Source of the DNA: a virus
Taxonomy: Duplodnaviria; Caudoviricetes
Strand: one strand, 5' to 3'
IMG/VR virus record: IMGVR_UViG_3300042868_014229
Coordinates: 1 to 60,658 of that record
DNA length: 60,658 bases
The notes under the pieces were generated by a model. It did not search any database and was not told the DNA's origin. It worked only from the letters and a program-made list of their open reading frames with translations. Positions within the stretch are counted from its first letter, which is position 1. Every line of letters starts with the position of its first letter. This document shows positions 40,644 to 48,429 of the stretch, piece after piece. Position numbers and translations under genes: made by a program.

Positions 40644-40979
40644 TTATTTGGTTAAAATATAATAGTGATAAAATTCATCACCATCTACTGCGAAATACGC
40701 AAATTTCATTTCATTTTTTTGTATCTTTTCAGATATAGTTAATTTGTCCTTTAGGTATTCACTACTAGCATATCTCACATATTTGTCGTTGCTAGGTTTT
40801 GTTCTTGCTCTTTTGTAATCAGTAATCGCAATTTCTGGATTCATTAAATCCTCTGTTTTGATTTCTGGTTTAACCACAACCTTTGGTTTTTCAACCTCAG
40901 CAACCTTAACTTCTTCTCTTTTTTTAGGTGTTGGCTTCGCTATCGGAGCTTTCTCCACCCTTTTTCTCTCCTGTGACAT
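40644..40979 (-). CDS. hypothetical protein
   Basis: 111-aa ORF. Confidence 0.55.
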   Translation of the reverse strand: MSQERKRVEKAPIAKPTPKKREEVKVAEVEKPKVVVKPEIKTEDLMNPEIAITDYKRARTKPSNDKYVRYASSEYLKDKLTISEKIQKNEMKFAYFAVDGDEFYHYYILTK

Positions 40980-41481
40980 TGCTTAATTTATCAAATGTTG
41001 TAAATCTAAACTCTATACCATTTTCAATGATATGTTCTGATGTTTCACTCAAAGCCCATTCAGTAAAATCTAATCCTTCTAAATACGTATCACCCTCAAC
41101 TTCACTAAGTATTTGAGTTAAATACAATTTATCAGCATGCTTGAATGTTTCTTTGTATATCTGTGCACCACCGATAATAAATACTTCACCATGTTCCCCA
41201 TCATTCTTAAAAACTCTTATGATAGTTTCCAAATCATTAATTACTGCAGCTCCTTTAGCTTCGTAATGTGGGTCTCTGGTGATAACTATATTTTGTCTGT
41301 TTGGTAGAGGTCTGAACTTCTCAGGAATACTTTCCCAACACTTTCTACCCATTATCACAAAACTACCTTGTGTTATTGCCTTAAAGCTTTTTAAATCGCT
41401 TGGTAAGTTCCATGGCAAATCATTATCTTTACCAATTACTAAATTCTTGCTAGCCGCAGCTATTATACTAATTTTACTCAT
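40924..41481 (-). CDS. folA: dihydrofolate reductase
   Basis: VIG..NDLPW.LPSD, IMGRK.WESI...RPLPNR, IIGGAQIY, GDTY. Confidence 0.95.
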   Translation of the reverse strand: MSKISIIAAASKNLVIGKDNDLPWNLPSDLKSFKAITQGSFVIMGRKCWESIPEKFRPLPNRQNIVITRDPHYEAKGAAVINDLETIIRVFKNDGEHGEVFIIGGAQIYKETFKHADKLYLTQILSEVEGDTYLEGLDFTEWALSETSEHIIENGIEFRFTTFDKLSNVTGEKKGGESSDSEANT

Positions 41482-41654
41482 ACATTTTTCTTTGTTCCTT
41501 CTTCTGTTATTGATACAAGAGTATGCTTGTCATATGTTGCTACATCAAATACTTTAGAATACCCATGGTTGAGCCATCTTTTGTATATTAACTGACCTTT
41601 ACCATTGTAAAGATACAACTCTTGTCCTCGTATTATTTTTTTGAATGTTCCCAT
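41478..41654 (-). CDS. hypothetical protein (58 aa)
   Basis: Manually translated MGTFKKIIRGQELYLYNGKGQLIYKRWL...; ATGA overlap with folA. Confidence 0.55.
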   Translation of the reverse strand: MGTFKKIIRGQELYLYNGKGQLIYKRWLNHGYSKVFDVATYDKHTLVSITEEGTKKNV

Positions 41655-41663
41655 GATGCAAAT

Positions 41664-42530
41664 CTACAACTTAATTTTGGTACTGACAACTTTTTTTTCA
41701 TTATCTTTTAATGCATCTAACATATCCTTAAATAATTCACTGGTTGGCAAATCGTTAGGGTCATCAGCAAATGGATTTTCTATCTCGTTACTAATAATTT
41801 CCACACCTGCAATAATATAATATACCAACATAACCAATGGTGTAGCCCATAAACCCATTTCATGAAACATTCCAAAAGGAAGTGTTAAAAGATAAATCAA
41901 TATACTCATTTTTATATGTAAAACATAAGCCAATGGTATTGGTGTATTTTTTATACGTTCTAAATTATTTGAATGTTCCAAAAGTAAATTTAATGAATTG
42001 TTAATATGTGCAACATTTGGGTCATTTGAGTCAAATTGATGCAATTCTATAAAAGCTTCTTCAATAATCTTATTTTGTTTTATATGAAATGTTGTAGATT
42101 CTTGATTATCCATACTATTCACTAAATAATCGTGTAAAGATACCAAAAATTTTTTAACTATTCTTTTAAAATTTTTGGTAGAATCTGAATAATAATTGTT
42201 TTGATAACTTTTCATCGTAACTAGTCTGGCTGTTATCAAACCTACTTGAGTTGATAGGTTACCAATTATCTTACGACCATCCCACCATCTATCATAAGCT
42301 GTATTGGTTCTAAATACCAATAACAAACCAATAACAATTCCAATAAGACTATGCATTGTTGCTGGAATTGTAGATTTATCAAAGTGAAAAAATTTAACGA
42401 ATAACCCCATAGCCAGAGTGAATAACCCAATAAGACAGGTTCGCCAAACCAGAACCTTAAGGTAAACACCAGGTTTTGAAAATATTAAGTAAAATGCGTT
42501 TTTTTTAAGTGTTTTTTTAATTTGATGCAC
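41664..42530 (-). CDS. bestrophin-family ion channel
   Basis: LLVFRTNTAYDRWWDGRK, ERIKNTPIP, EIENPF..DPNDLP. Confidence 0.92.
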   Translation of the reverse strand: MHQIKKTLKKNAFYLIFSKPGVYLKVLVWRTCLIGLFTLAMGLFVKFFHFDKSTIPATMHSLIGIVIGLLLVFRTNTAYDRWWDGRKIIGNLSTQVGLITARLVTMKSYQNNYYSDSTKNFKRIVKKFLVSLHDYLVNSMDNQESTTFHIKQNKIIEEAFIELHQFDSNDPNVAHINNSLNLLLEHSNNLERIKNTPIPLAYVLHIKMSILIYLLTLPFGMFHEMGLWATPLVMLVYYIIAGVEIISNEIENPFADDPNDLPTSELFKDMLDALKDNEKKVVSTKIKL

Positions 42531-42871
42531 TATTTTGAATAATTAGCGTTAATTTCTGTTTTTCTATCTCTTAGCAACTCTATTAAATCATGATATATTG
42601 CCCCATTTGAATAAGTTTTCAAGTATAGGTCTAAATAATTCATTGCAGCATCCAAATGTTCTTGTGTATTGCTTGATTTAATAATTGCTTTTGCTTTTTC
42701 TATTGTTTTAACTTCAGAACATTTTTCACAATACAAAGGTACTTCTTTTTCAGTACCTTTGATAGTAAAAGTATCATCTTCATTGTACGTTACATATTCT
42801 GTGATTACAGAACACTCATCACATAAAGCAACTGGGTCCCCCCCATTAAATTTTATTGTCGGTTTTTTCAT
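42530..42871 (-). CDS. Zn-finger-containing hypothetical protein
   Basis: KFNGG..ALCDEC, CEKC. Confidence 0.6.
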   Translation of the reverse strand: MKKPTIKFNGGDPVALCDECSVITEYVTYNEDDTFTIKGTEKEVPLYCEKCSEVKTIEKAKAIIKSSNTQEHLDAAMNYLDLYLKTYSNGAIYHDLIELLRDRKTEINANYSK

Positions 42872-43292
42872 CTTGTTTATTTTCTAATTTATCAAAGCTT
42901 AACCCATGGTGAAAAGACTTTTTATCTTTCATTGCTACAAACGTAAAATTAGCAGCACAAATATCTTGTACTTCACCCATAGTACTTTCACTAGAAACAC
43001 TTATTTTAACTTGAATACTGGATTTACCTAGTGTTTTAATTTCAGCAGTCATAGTAATCAAATCACCCAAGAAAGCTGGTTTTTTGAAATCTATTCTATC
43101 AACACTTGCAGTAACGGCACCATCAGCACCTGTACCATATAAAGCACGTCTAACAACCTTTACACCTGCAATATCCATTTCTGCCATTACTTTACCACCA
43201 AAAAGGGTGTCAGCATAATTTAAGTCTTGTGGGAATACTGTAAATGAATGTACAGCAGTTAATTTATTTTTCCCTGTGCCATCTATAATCAT
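42846..43292 (-). CDS. hotdog-fold acyl-CoA thioesterase (YciA-like)
   Basis: VFPQDLN..TLFGG, VTASVDRIDF. Confidence 0.88.
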   Translation of the reverse strand: MIIDGTGKNKLTAVHSFTVFPQDLNYADTLFGGKVMAEMDIAGVKVVRRALYGTGADGAVTASVDRIDFKKPAFLGDLITMTAEIKTLGKSSIQVKISVSSESTMGEVQDICAANFTFVAMKDKKSFHHGLSFDKLENKQDEKTDNKI

Positions 43293-43585
43293 TATTCTTC
43301 AGTTTTAATTGGTTCTTCCGTTTCTGGTGATTCAGCTGGTTTCTCAGTTTTCATTGAATGTATGGTTACAATTGCAGCATCAACAAGTTCTGTCAATTCA
43401 CCATATTTATTTTGATGAGCAATATCGATAAGACGACATAATGCTTCAGTAACACATGTAATATCAACAAGAATCATTTCTTTAGCTTCTTCAGGTGTTG
43501 ATGGTGGTGGAACTTCTGGTGGTTTACCAATAACTATTGGTTGTTCTCTTTCAGTATCAATACTGATAAAAATATTATTTTTCAT
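43292..43585 (-). CDS. hypothetical protein
   Basis: 97 aa; -7 box 43604-43611. Confidence 0.6.
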   Translation of the reverse strand: MKNNIFISIDTEREQPIVIGKPPEVPPPSTPEEAKEMILVDITCVTEALCRLIDIAHQNKYGELTELVDAAIVTIHSMKTEKPAESPETEEPIKTEE

Positions 43586-43658
43586 AAATTTATTTATTTT
43601 TTACAAAGATACTATAAAAAAAGTAAAAAACAACTATTTATTAGAAAAAATAGTTATT

Positions 43659-43808
43659 ATGGCAAAAGCAAAAACAACATCAGCAAACACTAGTGTCAAA
43701 TTGGATAGACCTAAAAAGAAAAGACCAGGAGTACACGCAAAATCAAAATCCTCTAAACTTAAACAATCTAAAAATTATTTAAAGAAAAACAAAGGACAAG
43801 GTAAGTAA
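43659..43808 (+). CDS. small highly basic protein (49 aa)
   Basis: MAKAKTTSANTSVKLDRPKKKRPGVHAKSKSSKLKQSKNYLKKNKGQGK; TATTTAT upstream; only plus-strand gene found. Confidence 0.7.
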   Translation: MAKAKTTSANTSVKLDRPKKKRPGVHAKSKSSKLKQSKNYLKKNKGQGK

Positions 43809-43823
43809 AACAAAAAGAGGCTA

Positions 43824-44345
43824 TTATGCCTCTTTTTTTATTTCTTTTAATTGTGATACCATATCATGTGCACCAGCAATTTTAATAACTTCAAAACCAA
43901 ATCTACGATAGTATCTAAGCAAGTCTTCAATAGTTGGTCTAGGTTCAGGTCCAACTGGTGTTGCATTAAGGAATATTGTTTTAATATTCTTTTCTTTACA
44001 ACGTTCTAAAATAGCATTCATAAGTTGAGAACCATATCTTTTTACTTTATCACCTCTGAATTTTTGATATATTTCTATGTGATTTATTTTAGCAGCGTTT
44101 CCTTGTGGGAAGTGTCTACCCATATCTGGGTCAACATATTCAGCATCTGGGTCTTCATAACTATTAGTAACGTACTCATCACTATCCATCTTGAAATCAA
44201 CAACAGCATAACCAACTGGTTCATTTTCTTCATTAGTAATAACAATATTGGTTTTATCCCAACCAATTTCATCATCTTTAGTGTCAAAAAATTCAATACC
44301 TTCTTCTAAATTTTCTCTGAGTAATTGTTTAATTAATTTTTTCAT
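43824..44345 (-). CDS. GNAT acetyltransferase with N-terminal IKQLLRE motif
   Basis: IEIYQKFRG...YGSQLM, YYRRFGF. Confidence 0.75.
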   Translation of the reverse strand: MKKLIKQLLRENLEEGIEFFDTKDDEIGWDKTNIVITNEENEPVGYAVVDFKMDSDEYVTNSYEDPDAEYVDPDMGRHFPQGNAAKINHIEIYQKFRGDKVKRYGSQLMNAILERCKEKNIKTIFLNATPVGPEPRPTIEDLLRYYRRFGFEVIKIAGAHDMVSQLKEIKKEA

Positions 44346-44346
44346 A

Positions 44347-45417
44347 TTAGTGTTGTGTTAATAATATTGTTCTTACATCTGTTCTAAAACCAGCATCATC
44401 ACCATCATTGGTAGTTATTATAACATTCCATTTAGGAGTTTCACTTTTTGGTGTTTGCATCATTTCATCATAAGTAAGTATTGTGTTAATATCAAAACCA
44501 TATTCATTAGCAATACGTTCTTTTAATGTTTTTTCATCAGCAAATTTCATTAAGTTTAAATCTTTAAACATTTGTTTAGGTACGACTACAGACATTTTAT
44601 TTTTCAAAGGGTCATTTTTACCAGTTTGCGTTTTATTCGCACCAGTAGAGAATGTTGTTTGAAAACCAGTATCATTGGTTGCTAAATCACCCATTTTGGT
44701 ATAAGCATAACTATCAACATTATACCCTTCAGATTGTAATTTGCTCATAACATTTTCAGCTATTGCAACATATCTTTTTGTAAAGAAATCACCAGAATCA
44801 TTCCAACGTAACAAAACTTTATTTTTGTAACCTTCTAAAGCTCCATGTTCAATACATTTTTCTTTTAATTCTTCATAAAATTGTTGTTCATAACCATTTG
44901 GGTCATTCAAAAGAAAATTAAGTCTTCTAGTCATACTATCATATGAAGCACTATATTGAATAAAACGACCTTTTAAAGCATAACATATGTTAACACACTT
45001 ACCAGCACCAGGACAAGTTTCAATAAATGAAAACTTTTGTTTATCCATATCGTATACTATACCTCTAAATGCTGGCAAACCAGTTTTATAAACATATTCA
45101 TTATGATTACCAGTTTTAAGAATTTTCTCGTTGGTGTTGATTAAGTTGTTTGGTCTTTTGGTTATTTGTTTAATGAAATAATCAATATCTACATCTTCAC
45201 CATCGTTAAAAAATTCAGAACTAGCATGAAGATAAGGCAACCCTTTAGGAAATTTTTGTCTATCTTTTGTTTCTAACCCTTTGTTACCTCTAATATCATT
45301 TAAGTGTTTAACAATTTGTTTAGGATTAACACATGTTTGTTTTACATCACTGAATGTATCATCCCAATCAATCTCATTTAATAGTGCTTCCCTAAGTAAT
45401 TTTTTTATATTTAACAT
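44347..45417 (-). CDS. Gp88-like Cys-cluster protein
   Basis: TCPGAGKCVNICYA, RWNDSGDF, YAYTK. Confidence 0.7.
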   Translation of the reverse strand: MLNIKKLLREALLNEIDWDDTFSDVKQTCVNPKQIVKHLNDIRGNKGLETKDRQKFPKGLPYLHASSEFFNDGEDVDIDYFIKQITKRPNNLINTNEKILKTGNHNEYVYKTGLPAFRGIVYDMDKQKFSFIETCPGAGKCVNICYALKGRFIQYSASYDSMTRRLNFLLNDPNGYEQQFYEELKEKCIEHGALEGYKNKVLLRWNDSGDFFTKRYVAIAENVMSKLQSEGYNVDSYAYTKMGDLATNDTGFQTTFSTGANKTQTGKNDPLKNKMSVVVPKQMFKDLNLMKFADEKTLKERIANEYGFDINTILTYDEMMQTPKSETPKWNVIITTNDGDDAGFRTDVRTILLTQH

Positions 45418-45446
45418 ATTTTTGTCTTTATTATAAATATAACGAA

Positions 45447-46010
45447 TTACTTCATTTTATAATCTTTTTTACTTCCGTCAGCTTTTGAATAAACAATCTT
45501 TGAAGGTTCCATTTCCATATTAACCAAATCTTTAGCTTTCTTTATGTATTTTGCTGCCTTTCCTGGTTTTAAATACGCTATTGTACAATGTGGATGATAA
45601 TCTGGGAAGTTGCTAGTAAACGGATATTCTTTAAATACCTTATTCAATTTATGCAAGTCTTTGCTTTCAACATCAAACTTCAATACATCGTATTTAGGAT
45701 TATCAAAGGAAGAAATCGATTTAAAAGCGATTTTAGGCTCTTTAATTTCGTTTATGTCTTCTTCTATATCTTCGTCCTCGATGTCGTCATGTAGGCCATA
45801 TAATATGGTTACGTGAGGTTCATCTTCTCTACCATAACTGTTGTCACCTTCTTCGGTGTATAGGTCATCTTCGTCAATCATGTCTTGTAGTTCTTCCCAT
45901 GATTCTTCGTTTACATCTAGGAAAACCATAAGGCATCCATATTCATGTTTATGGTCTTTTTTTTCAGCTTCGGTAAGCAAAGCTTTTCTTACTAATTTAC
46001 GTATATTCAT
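45447..46010 (-). CDS. 2H phosphoesterase, Acb1/T4 gp57B-like
   Basis: HVTILYG and PDYHPHCTIAY (two HxT); start reassigned to MNIRKLVRK. Confidence 0.8.
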   Translation of the reverse strand: MNIRKLVRKALLTEAEKKDHKHEYGCLMVFLDVNEESWEELQDMIDEDDLYTEEGDNSYGREDEPHVTILYGLHDDIEDEDIEEDINEIKEPKIAFKSISSFDNPKYDVLKFDVESKDLHKLNKVFKEYPFTSNFPDYHPHCTIAYLKPGKAAKYIKKAKDLVNMEMEPSKIVYSKADGSKKDYKMK

Positions 46011-46047
46011 AATAATTCTTTTATATGTAAATATACGAATATAAAAT

Positions 46048-46074
46048 AAAAAATCCATGCTTTCACATGGATTT
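46048..46074 (-). terminator. intrinsic terminator
   Basis: AAATCCATG-ctttca-CATGGATTT. Confidence 0.6.
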
Positions 46075-46076
46075 AG

Positions 46077-46190
46077 TTATTGATTTTTCAATCTAGATAG
46101 AATTTCTTCATTCTTTTTAATTACAGCAGTTCTTTTTACTTGATTACCTCTGTTTGCTTTAGGTTTCCCTGGTTTGTGTGATTTTGACAT
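46077..46190 (-). CDS. small basic peptide (37 aa)
   Basis: MSKSHKPGKPKANRGNQVKRTAVIKKNEEILSRLKNQ; TATTTAT upstream. Confidence 0.55.
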   Translation of the reverse strand: MSKSHKPGKPKANRGNQVKRTAVIKKNEEILSRLKNQ

Positions 46191-46232
46191 AATATTTTGT
46201 TTCCTAATAAATATGTCAATTTTTAAAATTTG

Positions 46233-46352
46233 TGGGGAGGGCTGGAATCGAACCAGCGTTTTTCAAATTTACAGTTTGTGTGAAGTGTGTTTGAGTTTGC
46301 AGAAAGCATTCTTCTTTAACAGAATGCACAAGACCAACATTTCAACCTCCCC
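46233..46352 (-). ncRNA. tRNA-chimeric RNA with stem-CUGCA module and Tyr-type anticodon loop
   Basis: GGGGAGG/CCTCCCC acceptor, GCTGG-TTCGATT-CCAGC T-arm, GCATTCT/AGAATGC-TTTCTGCAA, CAAA-CTGTAAA-TTTG. Confidence 0.7.
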
Positions 46353-46419
46353 AAAATAGAGGACTTTCACCTCTTGGACATGGTTTGTTTCGCCTAAGTC
46401 GCCACGTCAACAGACCCAG

Positions 46420-46492
46420 AGCGAGTGAAGGGATTCGAACCCTCGACAACCTAATTGGTAATCAGGTGCTCTACCAACTGAGCTACACTCGC
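46420..46492 (-). tRNA. tRNA-Gly(ACC)
   Basis: Canonical cloverleaf; CCTGA-TTACCAA-TTAGG; GCG acceptor end, U73. Confidence 0.85.
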
Positions 46493-46629
46493 ATTTATGC
46501 CTCTCTCTGCATCCGTCACACCCCATTTGTATTCTGTTAATCTCCTAAGACCGTTTGCTACGCTTGACATTAAGCCTCAGCCCTTAAAAGGATTTTCCTA
46601 ACGGTAAATCGGTGTCAAAAACCAGTATA

Positions 46630-46896
46630 TCATTTCAAGTTGATTTTACCAACTATCTTGAAACCTTGTGGTTTCCATTTTTCTTTTTCTTTGTCGCTTA
46701 TAGTGTTGCCATTTCTACCAACATGAAACTTGTAACATGTTTTGCATTTGTAAGCAACAACTTTAAACTTTCTATCTGGCAAAGCATTAACGCTTTTTGC
46801 GTGTTTGATAGCTGATTCTAAATCATTAAATTGTCTTTTAGGTTTATCAACCAATTGACCATTTATTCTATCTACTGTTTGAGTTGTACAATCCAT
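46630..46896 (-). CDS. Zn-binding hypothetical protein
   Basis: AYKCKTCYKFHVG. Confidence 0.7.
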   Translation of the reverse strand: MDCTTQTVDRINGQLVDKPKRQFNDLESAIKHAKSVNALPDRKFKVVAYKCKTCYKFHVGRNGNTISDKEKEKWKPQGFKIVGKINLK

Positions 46897-46933
46897 ATCT
46901 TTATAATTTATTTCGCAAAGATATGAAGTTTTT

Positions 46934-47125
46934 TTAATTTACCAAATCATTGTAAGTTTTTTTTTCAGAAACTGATGCAAATTGATTAATCATAAGACGA
47001 TGTGCTTCCCATGCTTCTGCTATTGCTACTTTAGCATCTTCTAAATCTCTAGCCCACGTAACTACTTCGATTTCTGGTATGGTTATTTTAATAAAACCAT
47101 CAAAACTTTTCCTAAATTCCATCAT
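46934..47125 (-). CDS. HicB-like small protein
   Basis: IPEIEVVTWARDLEDAKVAIAEA resembles HicB N-terminal fold. Confidence 0.45.
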   Translation of the reverse strand: MMEFRKSFDGFIKITIPEIEVVTWARDLEDAKVAIAEAWEAHRLMINQFASVSEKKTYNDLVN

Positions 47126-47138
47126 TTTAAATTATTAG

Positions 47139-47210
47139 AGCACATAGACGGAACTGACCCGACAACTGAGGGTTACAAATCCCCTATTTTTCCTGTTAAA
47201 CTATACGTGC
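47139..47210 (-). tRNA. tRNA-Thr(TGT), atypical T-loop
   Basis: Loop TTTGTAA; T-loop GTCAGTT. Confidence 0.7.
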
Positions 47211-47219
47211 ATATTTTTG

Positions 47220-47301
47220 TGGGGCACACAGGATTCGAACCTGCTCAGCCGAAGCACCAGTTTTACAGACTGGCCCAACTCTCCTACGTTGGCGGTACCC
47301 C
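47220..47301 (-). tRNA. tRNA-Tyr(GTA)
   Basis: CCAGT-CTGTAAA-ACTGG, long variable arm. Confidence 0.85.
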
Positions 47302-47302
47302 A

Positions 47303-47371
47303 GATAGAACAGAGAGATATTGTTTCAAATTAAAAGTTTGTTTTTGTTAATTGCTGAAATCTCTCTTTATC
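47303..47371 (-). ncRNA. minimal stem-CAGCAA RNA with Lys-type anticodon loop
   Basis: GATA.AGAGAGAT-TTCAGCAA...AAA-CTTTTAA-TTT...ATCTCTCT-GTTC-TATC. Confidence 0.65.
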
Positions 47372-47374
47372 TTG

Positions 47375-47445
47375 TTGGGATACAAGGATTCGAACCTTGA
47401 CGGACTGGCTCAAAACCAGTAATGCTACCGTTACATCATATCCCA
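47375..47445 (-). tRNA. tRNA-Gln(TTG)
   Basis: ACTGG-TTTTGAG-CCAGT; U1-A72. Confidence 0.88.
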
Positions 47446-47448
47446 AAA

Positions 47449-47504
47449 TTTCTAATTCTATGCAAACACTTTTCCGTGTGGGTCCCTATGAATTAGTAAC
47501 AGTC
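47449..47504 (-). repeat. inter-tRNA hairpin element copy 1
   Basis: GACTGTTACTAATTCATAG-N-GCATAGAATTAGAAA. Confidence 0.75.
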
Positions 47505-47512
47505 CTTTCTCG

Positions 47513-47586
47513 TGCAGATAGTGAGATTCGAACTCACGAAGTCCTGATTGGAAGTCAGGTGCAATTGGCCACTATGCGACATCTGC
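47513..47586 (-). tRNA. tRNA-Gly(TCC)
   Basis: CCTGA-CTTCCAA-TCAGG. Confidence 0.88.
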
Positions 47587-47589
47587 AAT

Positions 47590-47643
47590 TTTCTAATTCT
47601 ACGCTTCGAGTTCTTCACGGTCTTCTATGAATTAGTAACAGTC
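47590..47643 (-). repeat. inter-tRNA hairpin element copy 2
   Basis: GACTGTTACTAATTCATAG-N-GCGTAGAATTAGAAA. Confidence 0.75.
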
Positions 47644-47652
47644 TCTTCTCAG

Positions 47653-47725
47653 TCTAAGTAGCAGGGCTCGAACCTGCGGTCTCATGGTCCCAAACCATGC
47701 GGAATACCAACTTTCCCACACCTAG
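47653..47725 (-). tRNA. tRNA-Pro(TGG)
   Basis: CATGG-TTTGGGA-CCATG; C1-G72, A73. Confidence 0.88.
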
Positions 47726-47789
47726 ATTAATGTGTTCATTATTTATGAGTGTTCATTGTCAATGAACATGTAATTATATTGAACACTTG

Positions 47790-47864
47790 TGCATCCACTG
47801 GGGCTCGAACCCAGACAGCCCATATTAAAAGTATGGTGCCTTATTCCATTTTGGCTATAGATGC
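47790..47864 (-). tRNA. tRNA-Lys(TTT)
   Basis: CCATA-CTTTTAA-TATGG. Confidence 0.88.
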
Positions 47865-47880
47865 AATTTTATTTGTCTTG

Positions 47881-47952
47881 TAGCCCCAACGGGAATCGAA
47901 CCCATTTTCCTCGGTTAAAAGCCGAGTACATCGCCAGCAATGTTTTGAAGCC
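47881..47952 (-). tRNA. tRNA-Lys(TTT), divergent
   Basis: CTCGG-CTTTTAA-CCGAG; A at position 8, several G-U acceptor pairs. Confidence 0.75.
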
Positions 47953-47988
47953 ATAGTTATTACTATCCCTTCAACGCATTGAAGGCGG

Positions 47989-48024
47989 TTAGTGTTTACT
48001 CTTTATGTTCTTTATCTTTTTCAT
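47989..48024 (-). CDS. Lys-rich mini-ORF MKKIKNIKSKH
   Basis: 11 codons, 5 Lys, followed by a hairpin and two tRNA-Lys genes. Confidence 0.35.
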   Translation of the reverse strand: MKKIKNIKSKH

Positions 48025-48040
48025 AATTTTTATTTTCTTG

Positions 48041-48112
48041 TCGGGTTTAAAGGATTCGAACCTTTATCGAGCAGCCGCATGCCGCCCAGTTTGCCAATTA
48101 ACGTATTACCCG
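48041..48112 (-). pseudogene. pseudo-tRNA (loop CATGCGG)
   Basis: Good T-arm; acceptor mismatches; A33. Confidence 0.6.
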
Positions 48113-48138
48113 AATTGTTATTATTTTATTCTATTTTG

Positions 48139-48214
48139 TCGAGTGAGTGGGATTCGAACCCACGTGCTCTAGCGTCCAAGGCCAGCGAGATAGACCTGAC
48201 TCCTCTACCACTCG
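48139..48214 (-). tRNA. tRNA-Pro(TGG)
   Basis: CTGGC-CTTGGAC-GCTAG; C1-G72. Confidence 0.85.
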
Positions 48215-48233
48215 TTTGTTAATTTTGTTGCAT

Positions 48234-48267
48234 AAAAAAACCCAGTTTAGATTTCTCTAACTGGGTT
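48234..48267 (-). terminator. attenuator terminator upstream of tRNA array
   Basis: AACCCAGTTAG-AGAAAT-CTAAACTGGGTT plus U-tract. Confidence 0.85.
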
Positions 48268-48291
48268 AATAAATAATACTTGCGTATTGTT

Positions 48292-48393
48292 TTACTTTAT
48301 CATGTTTGACTTCATGACATACCCAGTTGTGCCTTTAGGCGTTCCGCCTTGAGGTTGATACTGTTTCGTTTGATATGTTTTTGTTGTCATCAT
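48292..48393 (-). CDS. putative attenuator leader peptide MMTTKTYQTKQYQPQGGTPKGTTGYVMKSNMIK
   Basis: Promoter-proximal 33-codon ORF; codons 3-25 only T/K/Y/Q/P/G; contains AACTGGGT complementary to the terminator 5' arm. Confidence 0.75.
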   Translation of the reverse strand: MMTTKTYQTKQYQPQGGTPKGTTGYVMKSNMIK

Positions 48394-48429
48394 TGTTTCT
48401 AATTTTGTGGGTTTTACCCTGTTTGTTTA

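Noticed and set aside
46233-46352. tmRNA partner for SmpB (also considered 9558-9720)
   Set aside because: No G3:U70 pair, too short, no tag ORF or pseudoknot series.
47449-47643. CRISPR array
   Set aside because: Repeats flank tRNAs, form split hairpin halves, lack regular spacing, and no cas genes are present.
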